Below, piece after piece: positions 1 to 12,769 of a stretch of DNA of 64,000 nucleotides. Within the stretch, counting starts at the first letter, position 1, and every line of letters begins with the position of its first letter. The position numbers were made by a program, and so were the translations under genes. This stretch comes from Octopus vulgaris (lineage: Eukaryota): contig OX597831.1 in assembly GCA_951406725.2 (NCBI GenBank), positions 46,128,001 to 46,192,000 of the forward strand. The letters run 5' to 3'. Below the pieces are notes generated by a model. It ran no database searches and was not told the origin of the DNA. It saw nothing but the letters and a program-made list of their open reading frames with translations.

Positions 1-779
1 GATGGTTGCATCACTGAAGAACGACTATCTGTAAACTGATCTTCAGGTTTGGTAATGGTGCGAGTAGTGAAAGTTTCACGAAACTGAATTGCTTTAATTT
101 TCTTCGCTTTGTAAATTTTCCAAATGCGCATTCCAATTAATAAGTATATAATCAAAAGAATTATTAACATACAACAGCAAACGGTCGACACGAAAGAATA
201 ATAGGCTAAAGAATATATTGTGCCATTTATATAGGGAATAAGTGAACACTCCTTTCCTATATTTCCACATCGTTTCACCATTTTGTTTTGTTTGCCGTGT
301 ACAAAAATTGCTGGTATAGAAACAATAAGCGTGAAGATTGTAAAAAATGCTAGAATCTTTTTTGAATTTCTAACGGAGATATTTTGCTTAAGGGGTCGAC
401 ATATAAGAATGTATCTATCAACTGCTATAACAAATACAATCAAAGCTGAATTGATTACTGCTACAGCTACCACATAACGTATCACACGGCATGCAGCATC
501 ATTGTGAAAAGTGTAGGAAAAATGTAGAATCACAATGTCCATAGGTATACATATTATGCAAGTTAGAAAATCACACACAGAGAGTGCTATAATAAACATA
601 TGCGTGGCTGTCGCATCAAATTTATAATAGTATATGTATGATACAAAGCAATTCCCAATTGTTCCAAGTGCCATTGAAATTCCGAGATACGTTATCACTG
701 GAAAATAAACATCCACCATTTTAGTATTTAGTTCTTCCAAAACACTAACACAAACGTTGACACTATTGCTTTGCTCCAT
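1..779 (-). CDS. Class A (rhodopsin-like) GPCR, paralogue 1; runs off the window edge in intracellular loop 3
   Basis: Translated by hand from ATG at 779: MEQSNSVNVCVSVLEELNTKMVDVYFPVITYLGISMALGTIGNCFVS...ALSVCDFL...AACRVIR...IAVDRYILICRPL... The frame stays open to position 1. It has TM1 GN, TM2 LxxxD, TM3 Cys and DRY. It is missing from the ORF track because there is no stop in the window. Confidence 0.93.
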   Translation of the reverse strand, partial: MEQSNSVNVCVSVLEELNTKMVDVYFPVITYLGISMALGTIGNCFVSYIYYYKFDATATHMFIIALSVCDFLTCIICIPMDIVILHFSYTFHNDAACRVIRYVVAVAVINSALIVFVIAVDRYILICRPLKQNISVRNSKKILAFFTIFTLIVSIPAIFVHGKQNKMVKRCGNIGKECSLIPYINGTIYSLAYYSFVSTVCCCMLIILLIIYLLIGMRIWKIYKAKKIKAIQFRETFTTRTITKPEDQFTDSRSSVMQP

Positions 780-865
780 TTTCTAATTTTCCTCCAAATT
801 CTTGGAAATATCCTTTGTAACTTTGAGAACAGTGTTCTGATTTGCAATGGTATTCCTCATACTTC

Positions 866-890
866 CTGGAAAGAGAAAGAAGGGTGATTT
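866..890 (-). other. Putative splice acceptor of a 5'-UTR intron upstream of GPCR 1
   Basis: Minus strand reads cccttctttctctttccAG|gaag, 86 nt upstream of the ATG. An equivalent acceptor is present in copies 2 and 3. Confidence 0.55.
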
Positions 891-1384
891 GTAAATAGTT
901 TATTTCAAGAGACTCTCTAAAATATAATGCTTTACATTCAGAATTAGGTCAACAAAGATTTGTACAAAAACAAGAAATACGTTTATCAAATATGTGTGTG
1001 TGTGTGTGTGTGTGTTCGTTTTTAACGGTTGAACCCGAAATAGCTGAAGCTGTAAATAATAGCATTATGGTTAAAAAGACCATTTGGAAGGACGAAGTCT
1101 ACTCTTCGGTCTCGAACCTACACGTGTTGTAAACATGATAGACTTTCTGCCATTGAACCAAAGTAATATTTAGAGTTTCTATATTCATTTTCGAAACTTT
1201 GTTCTTACCAGCGAGAACTGCATGTTCTTGACGTCATAACAATTTAGAAATTTCGAGAGAACGTGAAATAATTCGCTTTCAACGGTTAAAATCGAAGTAG
1301 ATAAAGTTATAAATTATAGAGTCTAAATATTGGCTTAAGAAACATTTTGGGTAGAAAAAACCGAATTTATGTAGATATGCACGT

Positions 1385-1547
1385 ATGAATGCATGCATGT
1401 ATGTATATACGCACGTACGTACGTACGTATGTATGTATGTATGTATGTATGTATACATGCGTGTATGTATGTATGTATGTATGTATGTATGTATGTATGT
1501 ATGTATGTATGTATGTATGTATGTATGTATGTATACATGCATGTATG
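1385..1547. repeat. (TATG)n microsatellite
   Basis: Seen directly; equivalent tracts at ~32440-32590 and ~61925-62140. Confidence 0.95.
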
Positions 1548-1736
1548 TGAGTCTTTGTGTTTCTGTTTTTCCCTCCTCCCCACCAATTAGCAGCTGGTGT
1601 TGGTCTCCTTAAGTCTTTGTTATTTATCGGTTTGACAAAAGAGAAAATAGTATAAGTTCCAGACTTATTTGCACATCTAAACCCTACAGGGTGGTGCTCC
1701 AACATGCTTGCAGTTCAATGACTGAAACAAGTAAAT
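1548..1736 (+). mobile_element. Degenerate SINE 3' portion
   Basis: Ends ggtggtgctccaacatgcttgcagttcaatgactgaaacaagtaaa, a tail resembling the 3' end of the CR1-type LINE at 54361-54400. Confidence 0.55.
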
Positions 1737-2076
1737 GGTACAAAATAAGTATTTCCGTAATTTTATTTCTGTTGCACGCTTTCATTATACTGCCAAGCTT
1801 TATAAGCCGTTGGCATGTGTTGTGGCTTGTTTTGGTGTTAATTTTAATACTTGTATAACCTTTTTCTATATTACACTTACAACATCTCTTTACATAGTGC
1901 TTGCAAAACTTCCAGTGTGTGTCGGTCTTAACTCCGTCATGTTTGTGGACATATTACTTCTTGGCTAAGACTGGATAGCCATGTCAATTCCAGTCTCTCC
2001 AACATATTTCTCGAACTTAGTGATTAGTGCTCCGAGACACCTACAACTACTGGGATGACAGTTTTTTTAAAATTTT

Positions 2077-2381
2077 ATGCGCCCTTTTTAAGCCTAGCCA
2101 GGCTTATGGGCCCGGTTTCCCGGTTTCTGTGGCGTATGTGTTCCCCCCAGCTGGACGGGACACCAGTCAATCTCAGCGTTACCCAATAAACAGGAAGAAA
2201 GAATGAGAGAAAGTTGGGGCGAAAGAGTACACCAGGGGTCGCCACCACCTCCTGCCGGAGCCTCGTAGGGCTTTAGGTGTTTTCGCTCAATAAACACACA
2301 CAACGCCCGGTCTGGGAATCGAAACCGCGATCCTCCGACCGCGAGTCCGCTGCCCTAACCACTGGGCCATTGCGCCTCCAC
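2077..2381 (-). mobile_element. tRNA-derived SINE
   Basis: The minus-strand head gtggaggcgcaatggcccagtggttagggcagcgg...ggtttcgattcccagacc has A- and B-box-like motifs. Head and body match 37883-38276; the tail matches 12523-12751. Confidence 0.85.
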
Positions 2382-3296
2382 TGTCTCTTCAAAATGCATG
2401 TTCTTGCAATTTTGTCTTATAGTAACTTGTATTTTTCCACCTTTTCCAATTTTTTATCACCCACACGTGCGTCCCCATGTATGGCTTTGTTTCCTTCTAC
2501 AACAATCCATAACCTTTGTTTGCACCACAACAATGTCTGGTCTCTGAGCATCAGTTGATTAGTCACATTAAATTGTAAAATCCCACAAAATCTTATATTT
2601 ATTATCCCCAATGACGCCTCCAGGTTTATGTTCGTACCATTTCCGTACTTCTGCTACAATCTTCAGTGAACAAACTTAGCCACGTTATCCTGCCTCATTT
2701 CGTATTCCTTCTGGGCCAGTTTGCTACACTCACTCACGACATATATGATTCTTTCGTTTTTGCTGCCACACATCCTACAAAGGGGTGGTCTTGTCTTTCC
2801 CTTCGATTTCTCTGAGGTATTGCTCATGCATTGTTTTCATTTTCTAGTTGCTTACTAATTGTTCTTCATCTTGTTTCTTAAATGTCTTTGCATACATCAC
2901 ATTTTCAGTAGGTATCTTGTTGCTATTTCAAACAGCGGCAAGCACATTTCAATATGCTATTTGGCGTTATCATCACACTCAAATCTTGTACCCTGTGAGG
3001 CCTCTTCCTCCCATGTACCTAGGCACATGCAGTCTATTGGTATCGTTTTTAGGGTGGAGTTCCTTGTTCCTTTTCATCACTTCCCTAGTTTTTCTATCCA
3101 TTTCTCCAAGATCGTTCTTTGTACACCTAATAACACCTGCGCCATATCTCATTAAGTTAATACCCCACGTATTTATTGCTCTGATCTTATTCATTCAAGT
3201 GAGTGTACTTTCTATACCTTATTTGATTCTTCTGAGGTATTCTCGCCTAAAACTTTATTTCATCTCACTTCTTGATTTTGTCATACTCCAAGATAC

Positions 3297-3623
3297 CCTA
3301 AGCGGAAAGTGTAACCTCTCGAAAGAGCTGTTCTTCACTCCTGCTCCAGAGCGTCGGCTGCGGGGTCACCCCGAAAATCTCTATCTGCGACGATTTTATC
3401 TCAATCGAAGGAGGGGGCTTTCTCCGTCCGGGTTGCGGATCCGTGGAATAAGCTGCCGGACGAGATAGTGAAGATGCCGACGACCGCTCGGTTCAAAGTC
3501 TCTCTTGACCAGAAATGGCCTGAACTCTTTGCATGAACACCACCCTGTACATAACTCCATGTCCCCCTACATGGCCTTGCTTTTTGCTTTTTGAACCAAA
3601 AAATTAACTTAACTTTACTTAAC
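3297..3623 (+). mobile_element. 5'-truncated CR1-type LINE 3' end with (AACTT)n tail
   Basis: Encodes LFFTPAPERRLRGH...FSVRVADPWNKLPDEIV...FKVSLDQKW*, typical of a CR1 C-terminus. It splits the YK|YLG motif of the host R4/Dong relic. Confidence 0.8.
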
Positions 3624-3969
3624 TTATATCCTTCACTCTCAACATCCTTGATTCTCTTGCTGTTGGGTAGTTCTACACCATCAGATGACACTACTTTTAT
3701 GAGAAGTATACCACACCTATTAATCCCAAATTCCATTTCGATATCCTTACTGAATATCTGCACTGTTGAAACCAGACCATTTATTTCACGCTCACTCTTA
3801 CCGAAGATCTTCAAGTCATCCAGGTGATTTAATTTTTTTCTCCACTTTTCAAGGTGTACCCCCTGTCATTTTCCGTAGTATCTGTGTGAGGGGTATCATA
3901 CAAATCACAAACAGCAATGGCGACAGACTATCACCCTGAAATATGCCTTTCTCGATGTTAAGCTTCGTC

Positions 3970-5010
3970 AACCAACGATTTTCCCGATGATGTTAAGACG
4001 CTTGCTGGCTAGTTCGGATGGGACCTCCAAATGAAAATAAGAACCGACAAGAGTTTGTGAACAGTGTGGCCATTCTTGCTTAGAAAATGGGCCGAGAAGA
4101 AATGCGCTTGATAGATTGAGCGGTAGACAGTGACACGTACAACACCGTCGCACCTTGTCTCAAGAAACATCTGACTCGATAGGTTCCATTAGTTATCTGC
4201 TTCCAACACCCTCTTTGTGGCTGTCGTTACAGATGCACAGGCACACACCAACGCTGACACACCTCCAGAAATATGTGGAGCGTGTTAACGGGGATGACGA
4301 TGAATAAAATGAAGGGGAGCTACTTTAGATGTCATTCATGTGACACATCTGCTGAAGCTTGAATCTTGGGTCGAGCTTAGATCAATTTTAGGTGTTTGGC
4401 GTATAGAATGTTGCCAGGCGCCCAAAGCATTCTGTCAACAGGACAACACCGTCAACGGTAAAAAAAAAAAAATGGTGTTGTTTTTGATAGAGTGCTAGTG
4501 GAAGGTATGAGAGATGATAATCTGACAACTGCTTTGTGTGAAGACAACAATCTCAGGAGCCTTTACTGGAGAACTTTTAAGTCGAGGGCTATGGGAAACA
4601 TTAAAAAAAAATCCATAACAATTACCACAAATAAGGCATTACCTGCTTGAGACAAAGCATGGAAGTGCCAAAACCCGAATCAGCACGAAACGGTCCTGCA
4701 CCCAATTACTTAGGGTCTGTGCATTAGTAACATGCGGTTTTATGTGGAACACTTACTGTCACATGCACGACGAGTTCGCCTATCAGCCGACTTTATAGCT
4801 AGAATTATAACGGCATCTTCTTTTGGCAAAGAAGGGTGGCAAACAAGTATGGCGGGCTCATTTTAAAGGCTTAAGGTGGGTATTTTACTATCGAACCCAG
4901 CGAGAACATTTGATTTAAGGTCTGTGGTTATTTTTGTGAAAACCTGTAGGATTTGAAAATTTGGGAAGGTGGTTCCAGACTTGTAAACGTTTCCAAGATA
5001 ATATTGAACA
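3970..5010 (+). mobile_element. Old degenerate Tx1-clade LINE 3' part
   Basis: Patches match ORF2 of the 17.2-22.5 kb element (RKWAEKK; RVRLSAD...FGKEG) and the relic at 24.7 kb (aagcatggaagtgcca). Confidence 0.65.
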
Positions 5011-5012
5011 GA

Positions 5013-5210
<198 letters not shown>

Positions 5211-5470
5211 TCTGCATTACAAGCCATGTCATTAAAAAATGTAGATGCAAAGAATTATCTTTAACAATATTTTAGTGTAGAACCCCTAATCTAGGTAATT
5301 GTCTTTATTCTGGGTTGGGAACGGCAGGAAAGGGCGGGAAATAGATGTGGGGCGGGTAGTAAAACATAAACCTTTGGAGAGAGAAGACAACTATCGAATG
5401 TGTCCAAATCGTTTTTATTTTCTATCTGATCTCAGAAATCCTTACTATCATTATAAGTATTTCTTTTTCG

Positions 5471-6576
5471 GGATCTTTTCTTTTTGATGGACGGAATTTT
5501 CTAGTTAACTAAAAAATTGGAAACTTCGTATACTGGTAGAATGTGTCAAAAGAAAACATTATTGTAAACAAAATTGAAAACAAAATTGTAATTCGTAACT
5601 TTAACGTAGTTTAATTCTACGAATTTTAACCAATGAAATCCTAGCATTAGAGCTCAAACCATTTTCTGCGTCTAAAAACTCACACACACACGTCTTATTC
5701 ATCCTTTCTCTCTTCTGTCTTCTGTCTTCTACATGTGCTAGAAATAACAGCTATATCTCTTAAATCGATGAATTTCGTCGCCCAATAACAATATTAACGA
5801 TATATTTTGAATATTTTCTTAATTTTTTTTTTTACCGAAAATGCTTCTCCCATGGTTTTGAAGGGCCAGGAACAACAAAAGCAAAACAATAATATGCCTA
5901 AAGCGGTCTAAAAAATTGCGAAATATTTTTTCATAATAGGATGCCCCAGCTTGTCGGAGGCTGTGATATAAATTGGGGAAAAAAATCCTCGATACCAGTG
6001 CGTAATTGGTACTTAATTTATCGACCCCGAAACGATGAAACATTGCCCCCCCCTTCTGGTTTATTTACCTTTTGTGTAAATTTGTTGCGGCAAGGGGCAA
6101 CTCACGAACGTGTATGTATGCTTGTGTGCGTATGTGTGTGTATGTATATCTCCGTTTGTATGTGTGTGTACGCTTATATATTAATTACTATGTGCTTGTG
6201 CAAATGTAAATGCATGTGTTTGAGAGAGAGAGAGAGTGACAGAGTGTGTGTGTGTGTGTGCAAGTGTACGTGTGTATATATCTGAATATGTGTGTGTGTG
6301 TGTGTGCGGCATGCGTCTGCTATGTTTCTTTATCAATATCGATAACACAGCAAATGATTTGACCTCAAATGCTCGGATTTCATTGGTTAAAATTCAAAGA
6401 TGCTGGGATTTCATTGGTTAAAATTCGAAGAATTAAACTACGTTAATGTTACGAATTACAATTTTGTTTTCAATTTTGTCTACAATAATGTTTTCTTTTG
6501 ACACATTCTACCAGTATACGAAGTTTCAAATTTTTTAGTTAACTAGAAAATTCCGTCCATCAAAAAGAAAAGATCC
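5471..6576. mobile_element. Non-autonomous DNA transposon (MITE) with ~175-bp TIRs and 8-bp TSD (Merlin- or MULE-like)
   Basis: 5471-5647 is the reverse complement of ~6400-6576. Termini are GGATC...GATCC. Flanked by CTTTTTCG at 5463-5470 and 6577-6584. No transposase ORF. Confidence 0.85.
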
Positions 6577-7166
6577 CTTTTTCGTAAAAATGAGCGTAAA
6601 GCTTACGAGGCTAACATATTTTCCTGGTAACTCGTTCATGTAAGAAATAGGTTTTTCTCAAGTTTTTTTTTATGAAACGAGTACGATTTTTGTAGTCGGC
6701 GTATGACTCCAAATTCAAGTCATAGGTGGCTTGAGAACTTGATACAGGCATTGTTTGGACAATATTGATTGAATATTTTCCACCTTGTACAAGTTATGTA
6801 ACATCTACGATGGCTTAGCAAAAATAAGGTTTGAGTTTTTTTATGTGATTCCAAAATTCAAGGCTTGCTCAACATTAAGCTATTTTTTTGTGATCAATTT
6901 GTGTGCTTCAACTCTAATAATGTTTTGTTGTTTAACACCATTTTCACTCACCGCGTCACAACGTATAGATCGGATTGAAGCTCTGTTTTATGACATATCA
7001 TCTTGATAATGTCTTGCAGAACATTAAGCAATTTTTTTGTGATCACTTACTAATACTCGTTACAGATGCACAGGCACACACCAATGCTGACACACCTCCA
7101 GAAATATCTGGAGCGTGTTAACGGGGATGACGATGAAGAAAATGAAAAGATTATTCTTTTCTTTTG

Positions 7167-8885
7167 CTTGATAGTTTAGAAATCGAGGAAAACAGAGAAC
7201 GTCATTAGTGCATGCGTACAGAATAATAGCCGTTTCTAGAGTAATAGCGTTCTCTCTCGTGAAAATATATTACAGTTGCAAATAATTTCAACATCACTTT
7301 GATTTCTCCTACATTTTTCGGTATATTCTCTGAAGCGTAGACCTCGATTTTATATATTTTTACAAGGTTAGTTAAAGTCTTCGTTTATATATATTTCTGT
7401 TATTATATGAAAATGTTTCGGTATATTCTCTGAAGCGTAAACCTCGTTTCTATATATTTTTACTAGGTTAGTTAAACTCTGCGTTTATATATATTTCTGT
7501 TATTATATGCCCGTAACATTCTATCATTCTCTCACAAGACTCTCTTAAAGAAAAGTATTACGTTATCTCAAGTAACGTATTGTTTTGCTTAATATTATGC
7601 CTTTAAAACATTGTCAATAAAAGATGGCTATAACTTTCAGTAATGCGGATAAAGTTGTGGTAATTAATAAAATTTAACTCAAATTAACCCGACAGATTTC
7701 TCTCTATTATTATCCTGAAACTGTGCAAGAATCAATTTGCGTCTTCTCCTGTCCATCTCCAGGGGAATTCACTGGATCCAGGCCTTATTCCTGAACGTTT
7801 TCTGTCACTGTTTCAGCCCAGTTTCTAAGATTATTCTTTACCTTTTGCTTGCTGGCATTTTCAAGTTGTTTATGTAAACATTAAACGGAAGTGGGCCTAA
7901 CATAATACCCTGGGGAACATCACTAATTATTACTCTTGTTTAAATTGCATGAGCCACAAAATATCGAGTCCTATTTGTTAGAAAATATTTCATCCACTGC
8001 TGTAGTTTGTCACGGACTCTAAAGGTGGATAATTTCTTCAGCGGAATTCTGTGATAGACTGTGAAAAACTTTACTAAAATCAAAATAAATAACATCCGTA
8101 CTGTAGCCCCATCCTAAAGCTTTTAGAGAGCCATCAACGTGATGGAGGAGTTGTGTTAGACAGTTCCGACTATTATGAAAACCATGTTGAGATCAAGAAA
8201 TTGATTTTTTTCCAGGAAGAAAGCTATGTTCGATCTCACCGGCTTCTCGAATTCTTTAACAATACGAGTGTTTAGTAGATTAGGCTGTAATTCACTGTGG
8301 GTAACTTATTTCCCTCTTAAAATAGAGACAACACAGTGGGACAGAAAACGCTCAGAATAAGGCATGGATCCAGAGAATTCCTCCAGAGATGGACAGGAGA
8401 AGACGCAAATTGATTCTTGCTCACTTTCAGGATAATAATTGAGAGAAATCTGTCGGGTTAAATTGAGTTAAATTTTATTAATTACCGCAACTTTATTCGC
8501 ATTACTGAAAGTTATAGCCATCTTTTACTGACAATGTTTTAAAGGCATAATATCAAGCAAAAGCAATACATCACTTGAGATAATGTAATATTTTTCTCTA
8601 AAGAGAGTCTTGTGAGAGAATGATAGAATGTTACGGGCATATAATAACAGAAATATATATATATATAAACGCAGAGTTTAACTAACCTAGTAAAAATATA
8701 TAGAAACGAGGTCTAAGCTTCAGAGAATATACCGAAAAATGCAGGTGAAATCAAAATGATGTTGAAAATATTTGCAACTTTAATATATTTTCACGAGAGA
8801 GACCCTATTACTCTAGAAATGGCTATTATTCTGTACGCATGCACTAAGGACCTTCTCTGTTCTCCTCGATTGCTAAACTATCAAG
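7167..8885. repeat. Inverted duplication (arms ~7167-7811 and ~8333-8885, ~520-bp spacer)
   Basis: The arms are reverse complements; the left arm has an extra ~100-bp tandem unit. Units B and C carry a single copy. Confidence 0.9.
7860..8320 (-). mobile_element. Degenerate CR1-type RT fragment
   Basis: Minus-strand patches across frameshifts: HGFHNSRNCLTQLLHH...DVIYFDFSK...LKKLS...VPQGIMLGPLPFNVYINN. Confidence 0.75.
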
Positions 8886-9603
8886 GTTCTACGAAGAAGA
8901 AAAATAAACATTCCATAAATTGCTTCCAGATGGTAAATAATTTCATTTTTAATTTTAATGAATGTCTCTCTTCGTAATCCATCCAATTAATAAGTTCCAG
9001 ATTATATGATGCTGAATTTTTCGAAAACAAATGAAATAGCACTCTACATGATTAATATACACAAGAAATTATAATAACATCGTAATAGATTAAAACAGAT
9101 TGAATATAAGGATTGTTGTCAAACCCACAAAGACCTCAGGAAACATTTAATGATTTTCGTTCCTTTGTGTTTAATTATACCTTAGTATTAGCAACGTAAT
9201 TTTCGTGTTTCTCATCGCTCTTGATATTTGAAACTTTGTGTACAGTGCCTTTCCAAGGGGCCTATTTACGCCTGTCAACTAGGTCTTTCACCAATCAGTT
9301 TTTCTGTGGTGTTAGAGCTTTTTACTAAAATTAATGCATTCTGTTCTCATTTGTCATTTGATTGTTGCATAACCTGTTTCTAATGACGACCACCGCGAAG
9401 TGCAGCAAATTTGTTCGCTAATCCGGTGACTGAAGACTTTCAGTGATACAAACGACTCATTCAGCTTCTGGTAATCGTGTGTTCGGCTTGCATATTGTAT
9501 TACTGACAATGTTGAGAATGCGTGGGATAAATTAAAGCAATACACGATATGGGTGAATGCACCGAAATTTTTGTAGCGATCATAGGAGATTTGCATAAGT
9601 TAT

Positions 9604-9643
9604 GAGAGATAGATATAGATAGAGATAGAGATAACTAGAAAGC

Positions 9644-9693
<50 letters not shown>

Positions 9694-9740
9694 ACGAGAG
9701 AGAGAAAGAGAAAGAGAGGTTGAGAGGGAGAGGGAAAAGA
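9604..9740. repeat. (GA)n-rich tract
   Basis: Seen directly; also at ~34740-34860, within a block highly conserved between units. Confidence 0.9.
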
Positions 9741-10108
9741 AAATATCACAAAAACATGCAGGGACTCTTCCTTTGATTTTCATGAATGATGAATAAAAAA
9801 TAAGATAAGGGAAAAAATAATGTGAACGAATAAAGCACAGTACCTGCACAGTTGATTGTACAGCGTGGAGTGATGAAGACAGGGCAGTGTGCATTATGTT
9901 TATATGTACGTAGAATTTGTGGAAAATTTTAACCGATTCCCGGAATATAGTTGAGGTCAAAAAGATTAAATGTCAACTCAAAACCAGTCAAATAATATCT
10001 AAGTGTATAATTACGTAATTTATATAATGGTGAATTATATCTAAACAATTTACAAATGGTTGTGTGCTCGCGCGCGTGTGAAAGCTATTTTTGCACATTT
10101 ATTTGTAT

Positions 10109-10402
10109 CTATGCATAACTGGTACTCCGTCGGTAACGACGACGTGTGTTCCAGTTGAATCGACCAGCAGAACAGCCTGCTCGTGAAATTAAACTAACCT
10201 GAAAATGGCTGAGCAATCCTGAGATACGTGTACCCTTATACGTAGTTCTCAGGGATATTCAGCGTGACCCAGAATCTGACAAGGCTGTGCTGTTGAATTA
10301 CAAGTACTATTCATCTCTTTGCTCAAGGACAAAACGCTGTACCGGGAATCGACCACACGACCATGAGTCGAATACGCTAACCACTAAACTACGCGCCTTC
10401 AC
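10109..10402 (-). mobile_element. Degenerate tRNA-derived SINE with 12-bp TSD
   Basis: TSD ATTTATTTGTAT at 10097-10108 and 10403-10414. The tail is shared with 37883-38276. Equivalent copy at 35229-35517. Confidence 0.8.
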
Positions 10403-12414
10403 ATTTATTTGTATATAGTTTAAATTGAAAGGCGTGTTGAGATTGATACAAAAACCCTCTTTAAAAGATTAGTTAACTAAGATATACTATAGGCCGAATT
10501 TTAATTCCCTTTATTTCTTCTCACTAGAATAGATTCCCTATCATGCATCGTTTCTCTACCCTACATTCTTGTGTGCAATCATGACATTATCACTTCTGTT
10601 AAAAGTGAATCCAAGTTAAGTAATTATGAACTAGCGGGTCCCATGAATATTTTACGGAATTAATAGTAAACCTATTAGGTGATTTCTGAAAACTTTATCC
10701 AAAATACCTGAAAGTGTAGCCTGTGTTTTGTCTCTATATCAAAAGATAGTCGCTCATCTGCTATTCATTGAAAAGCGAAGGAAATTGGAATACGATGATT
10801 ACTTAATGAACTTTATATAAATATTTTACATACTTTATGCACAATTTTATAGACTTAAATACACAGAACGTATTATATAAATGTTCACTCTTATTTTTAT
10901 ATTTTCCCCGTAAAGAGAAAAAAATTTCATTTTGAAATTTACATGGTCACAATTTCATCCCTAGAAAACAAACATTTCATAGTAAAAAAAAAAATAAATT
11001 ATTTTCCTTTTTAAATATAGCGGGGTAACAATTTCACATTTAATGCAACATTACATACTGTGAACACCACATCGTTGGTAATTTATAAGCCAGGGCGATG
11101 GGTCAGAGCCAATACATATTTCAACTTGCCTAAACATTTCAATCCAATACTTCTTTGCAGACTATATTCGTGTAAGTTCTCCATCTTCCTTTTCTTTGTC
11201 TGTCAGTGTTGATAACTTCAATGCTCACATCAGATAATTTGCGAGCCCTTGAGAATGCAACATATAGCTGACCATAGCTGAATACAGGTTCAGGCAAGTA
11301 CAGTCCCACTTTATCAAATGTCTACCTTTGTGATTTATTGATAGTCATTGCATTATTATAAAATGAAAACAATCTAAATTTGTTTAATTTAGTTTCTGAA
11401 ATTGTTTAGTTGGTTAAAAGTTCAATTGGATAAGTTTAGACTTAAAGAAAACAGAATTTGAACGAAAGGTCATTTGGATCAATATGGCTGTTGTTTGAAG
11501 CGGTATAATGCAGAAAATTCTGAAGAGACTAGTGACATAGAAACCCAATCTTCGGATAAACCTCACGGACTATTTGTATATATATAAGCAAAGAAAAAAA
11601 AACTATTTGTGCAATGAAGGGTTGCTATCAATGCCTTACATGTCTTTACATGGAATTAAAAGTTTTTACATTGATTTTACATGGATTTGTCTAATCTTTT
11701 AAATACAGCAATGACAGGTAAAAATATACACCCAATGCTGATGCTTGTGCCTGGTCCCTCAATCTGCTTGAAATAGCAAACAATTTTCCTTCAAAACACA
11801 GTCTAATATCTTCTTAATGAAAAGACCGGATGTTTATGTTGGGGATCAAAATGGATCTGATGAAAAAAATATATCTGATATATATTTTCTGCAGAGTGCG
11901 TAGGATTTGAAACAAGTTGGTTGAATGGGTAAAAGAGTGGTTTTAGCTGTTTGTGTGACATATTTTTATGATTATTTATTACTTTTTTCATGTCTGAAAC
12001 TAAACAAAAACAAAAACAAAAGCAAAAATTGAGCTTAGAAGAAGAGAGAGAAAGTGAGGATAAGTGGACAACATGAAGTTAAATAAAATAAGGGAGTTCA
12101 GGTTACAAAATTCCCAGAAAAGGGTAGCATGATCAAAGCTTGGTTGTCTTTGATAATGAGTTTACAAGATCAGAGCAACACATTATCTCACACACACATA
12201 GACATTTGATACAAAATATATCCTGGTATAAAACTGGGAAGTGATAAACTAACATCATAATTGAATCCTCAGTAAATGAACGCACACATTAAAACATCTC
12301 ATCAAGTAAACTTATTATTGCGCTTAACTGCATTTAATGCAGTTATCAATAGGCAACTAATTCCAAATTACTTTCACATAACTCTCTCCGTCTGCTTGTC
12401 TGGCTCACTTCGTG

Positions 12415-12478
<64 letters not shown>

Positions 12479-12522
12479 CTTGTAATGAGGTTCATACTAT
12501 GTGATAATAAATAAAAAATAAA

Positions 12523-12751
12523 ATGCGCCCTTTTAAAGCCTAGCTAGGCTCATGTGCCCGGTTTCCCGGTTTCTATGGCATGGGCGCCAGTCCATCGTAG
12601 CGTTACCCATTTTTGCCAGCTGAGTTGACTGGAGCAACGTGAAATGAAGTGTTTTGCTCAAGAACACAACGCGTCGTCCGGTCGAGGAAGCGAAACCACA
12701 ATCTTACGATCATGGTGCTGACACCCTAACCACTAAGCCACGCGCCTCCAC
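12523..12751 (-). mobile_element. tRNA-derived SINE
   Basis: Minus head gtggaggcgcgtggcttagtggttagggtgtc...ggtttcgcttcc followed by gcgttgtgttcttgagcaaaacacttc. Equivalent copy at 38845-39093. Confidence 0.85.
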
Positions 12752-12769
12752 CTATAGGATTTACACGTT

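Larger units (their letters stand above)
1960..3965 (-). mobile_element. Degenerate R4/Dong-type (RLE) LINE, interrupted by a SINE and a CR1 fragment
   Basis: Minus-strand peptides include IFGKSEREINGLVSTVQIFSKDIEMEFGINRC, AINTW..MRYGAGVI..EMDRKTR..HPK..RLHVPR..GGRGL, GIFQGDSLSPLLF and a C-terminal VIPVVVG. Confidence 0.8.

Noticed and set aside
2290-2381. tRNA-like sequences (also at the heads of the other SINEs)
   Set aside because: They are SINE heads joined to bodies and tails, without a complete cloverleaf.
9354-9960. ORFs conserved between units (9354-9596, 9580-9960 and 34490-35080)
   Set aside because: The conservation is explained by recent duplication; one crosses a GA repeat and neither has a recognisable domain.
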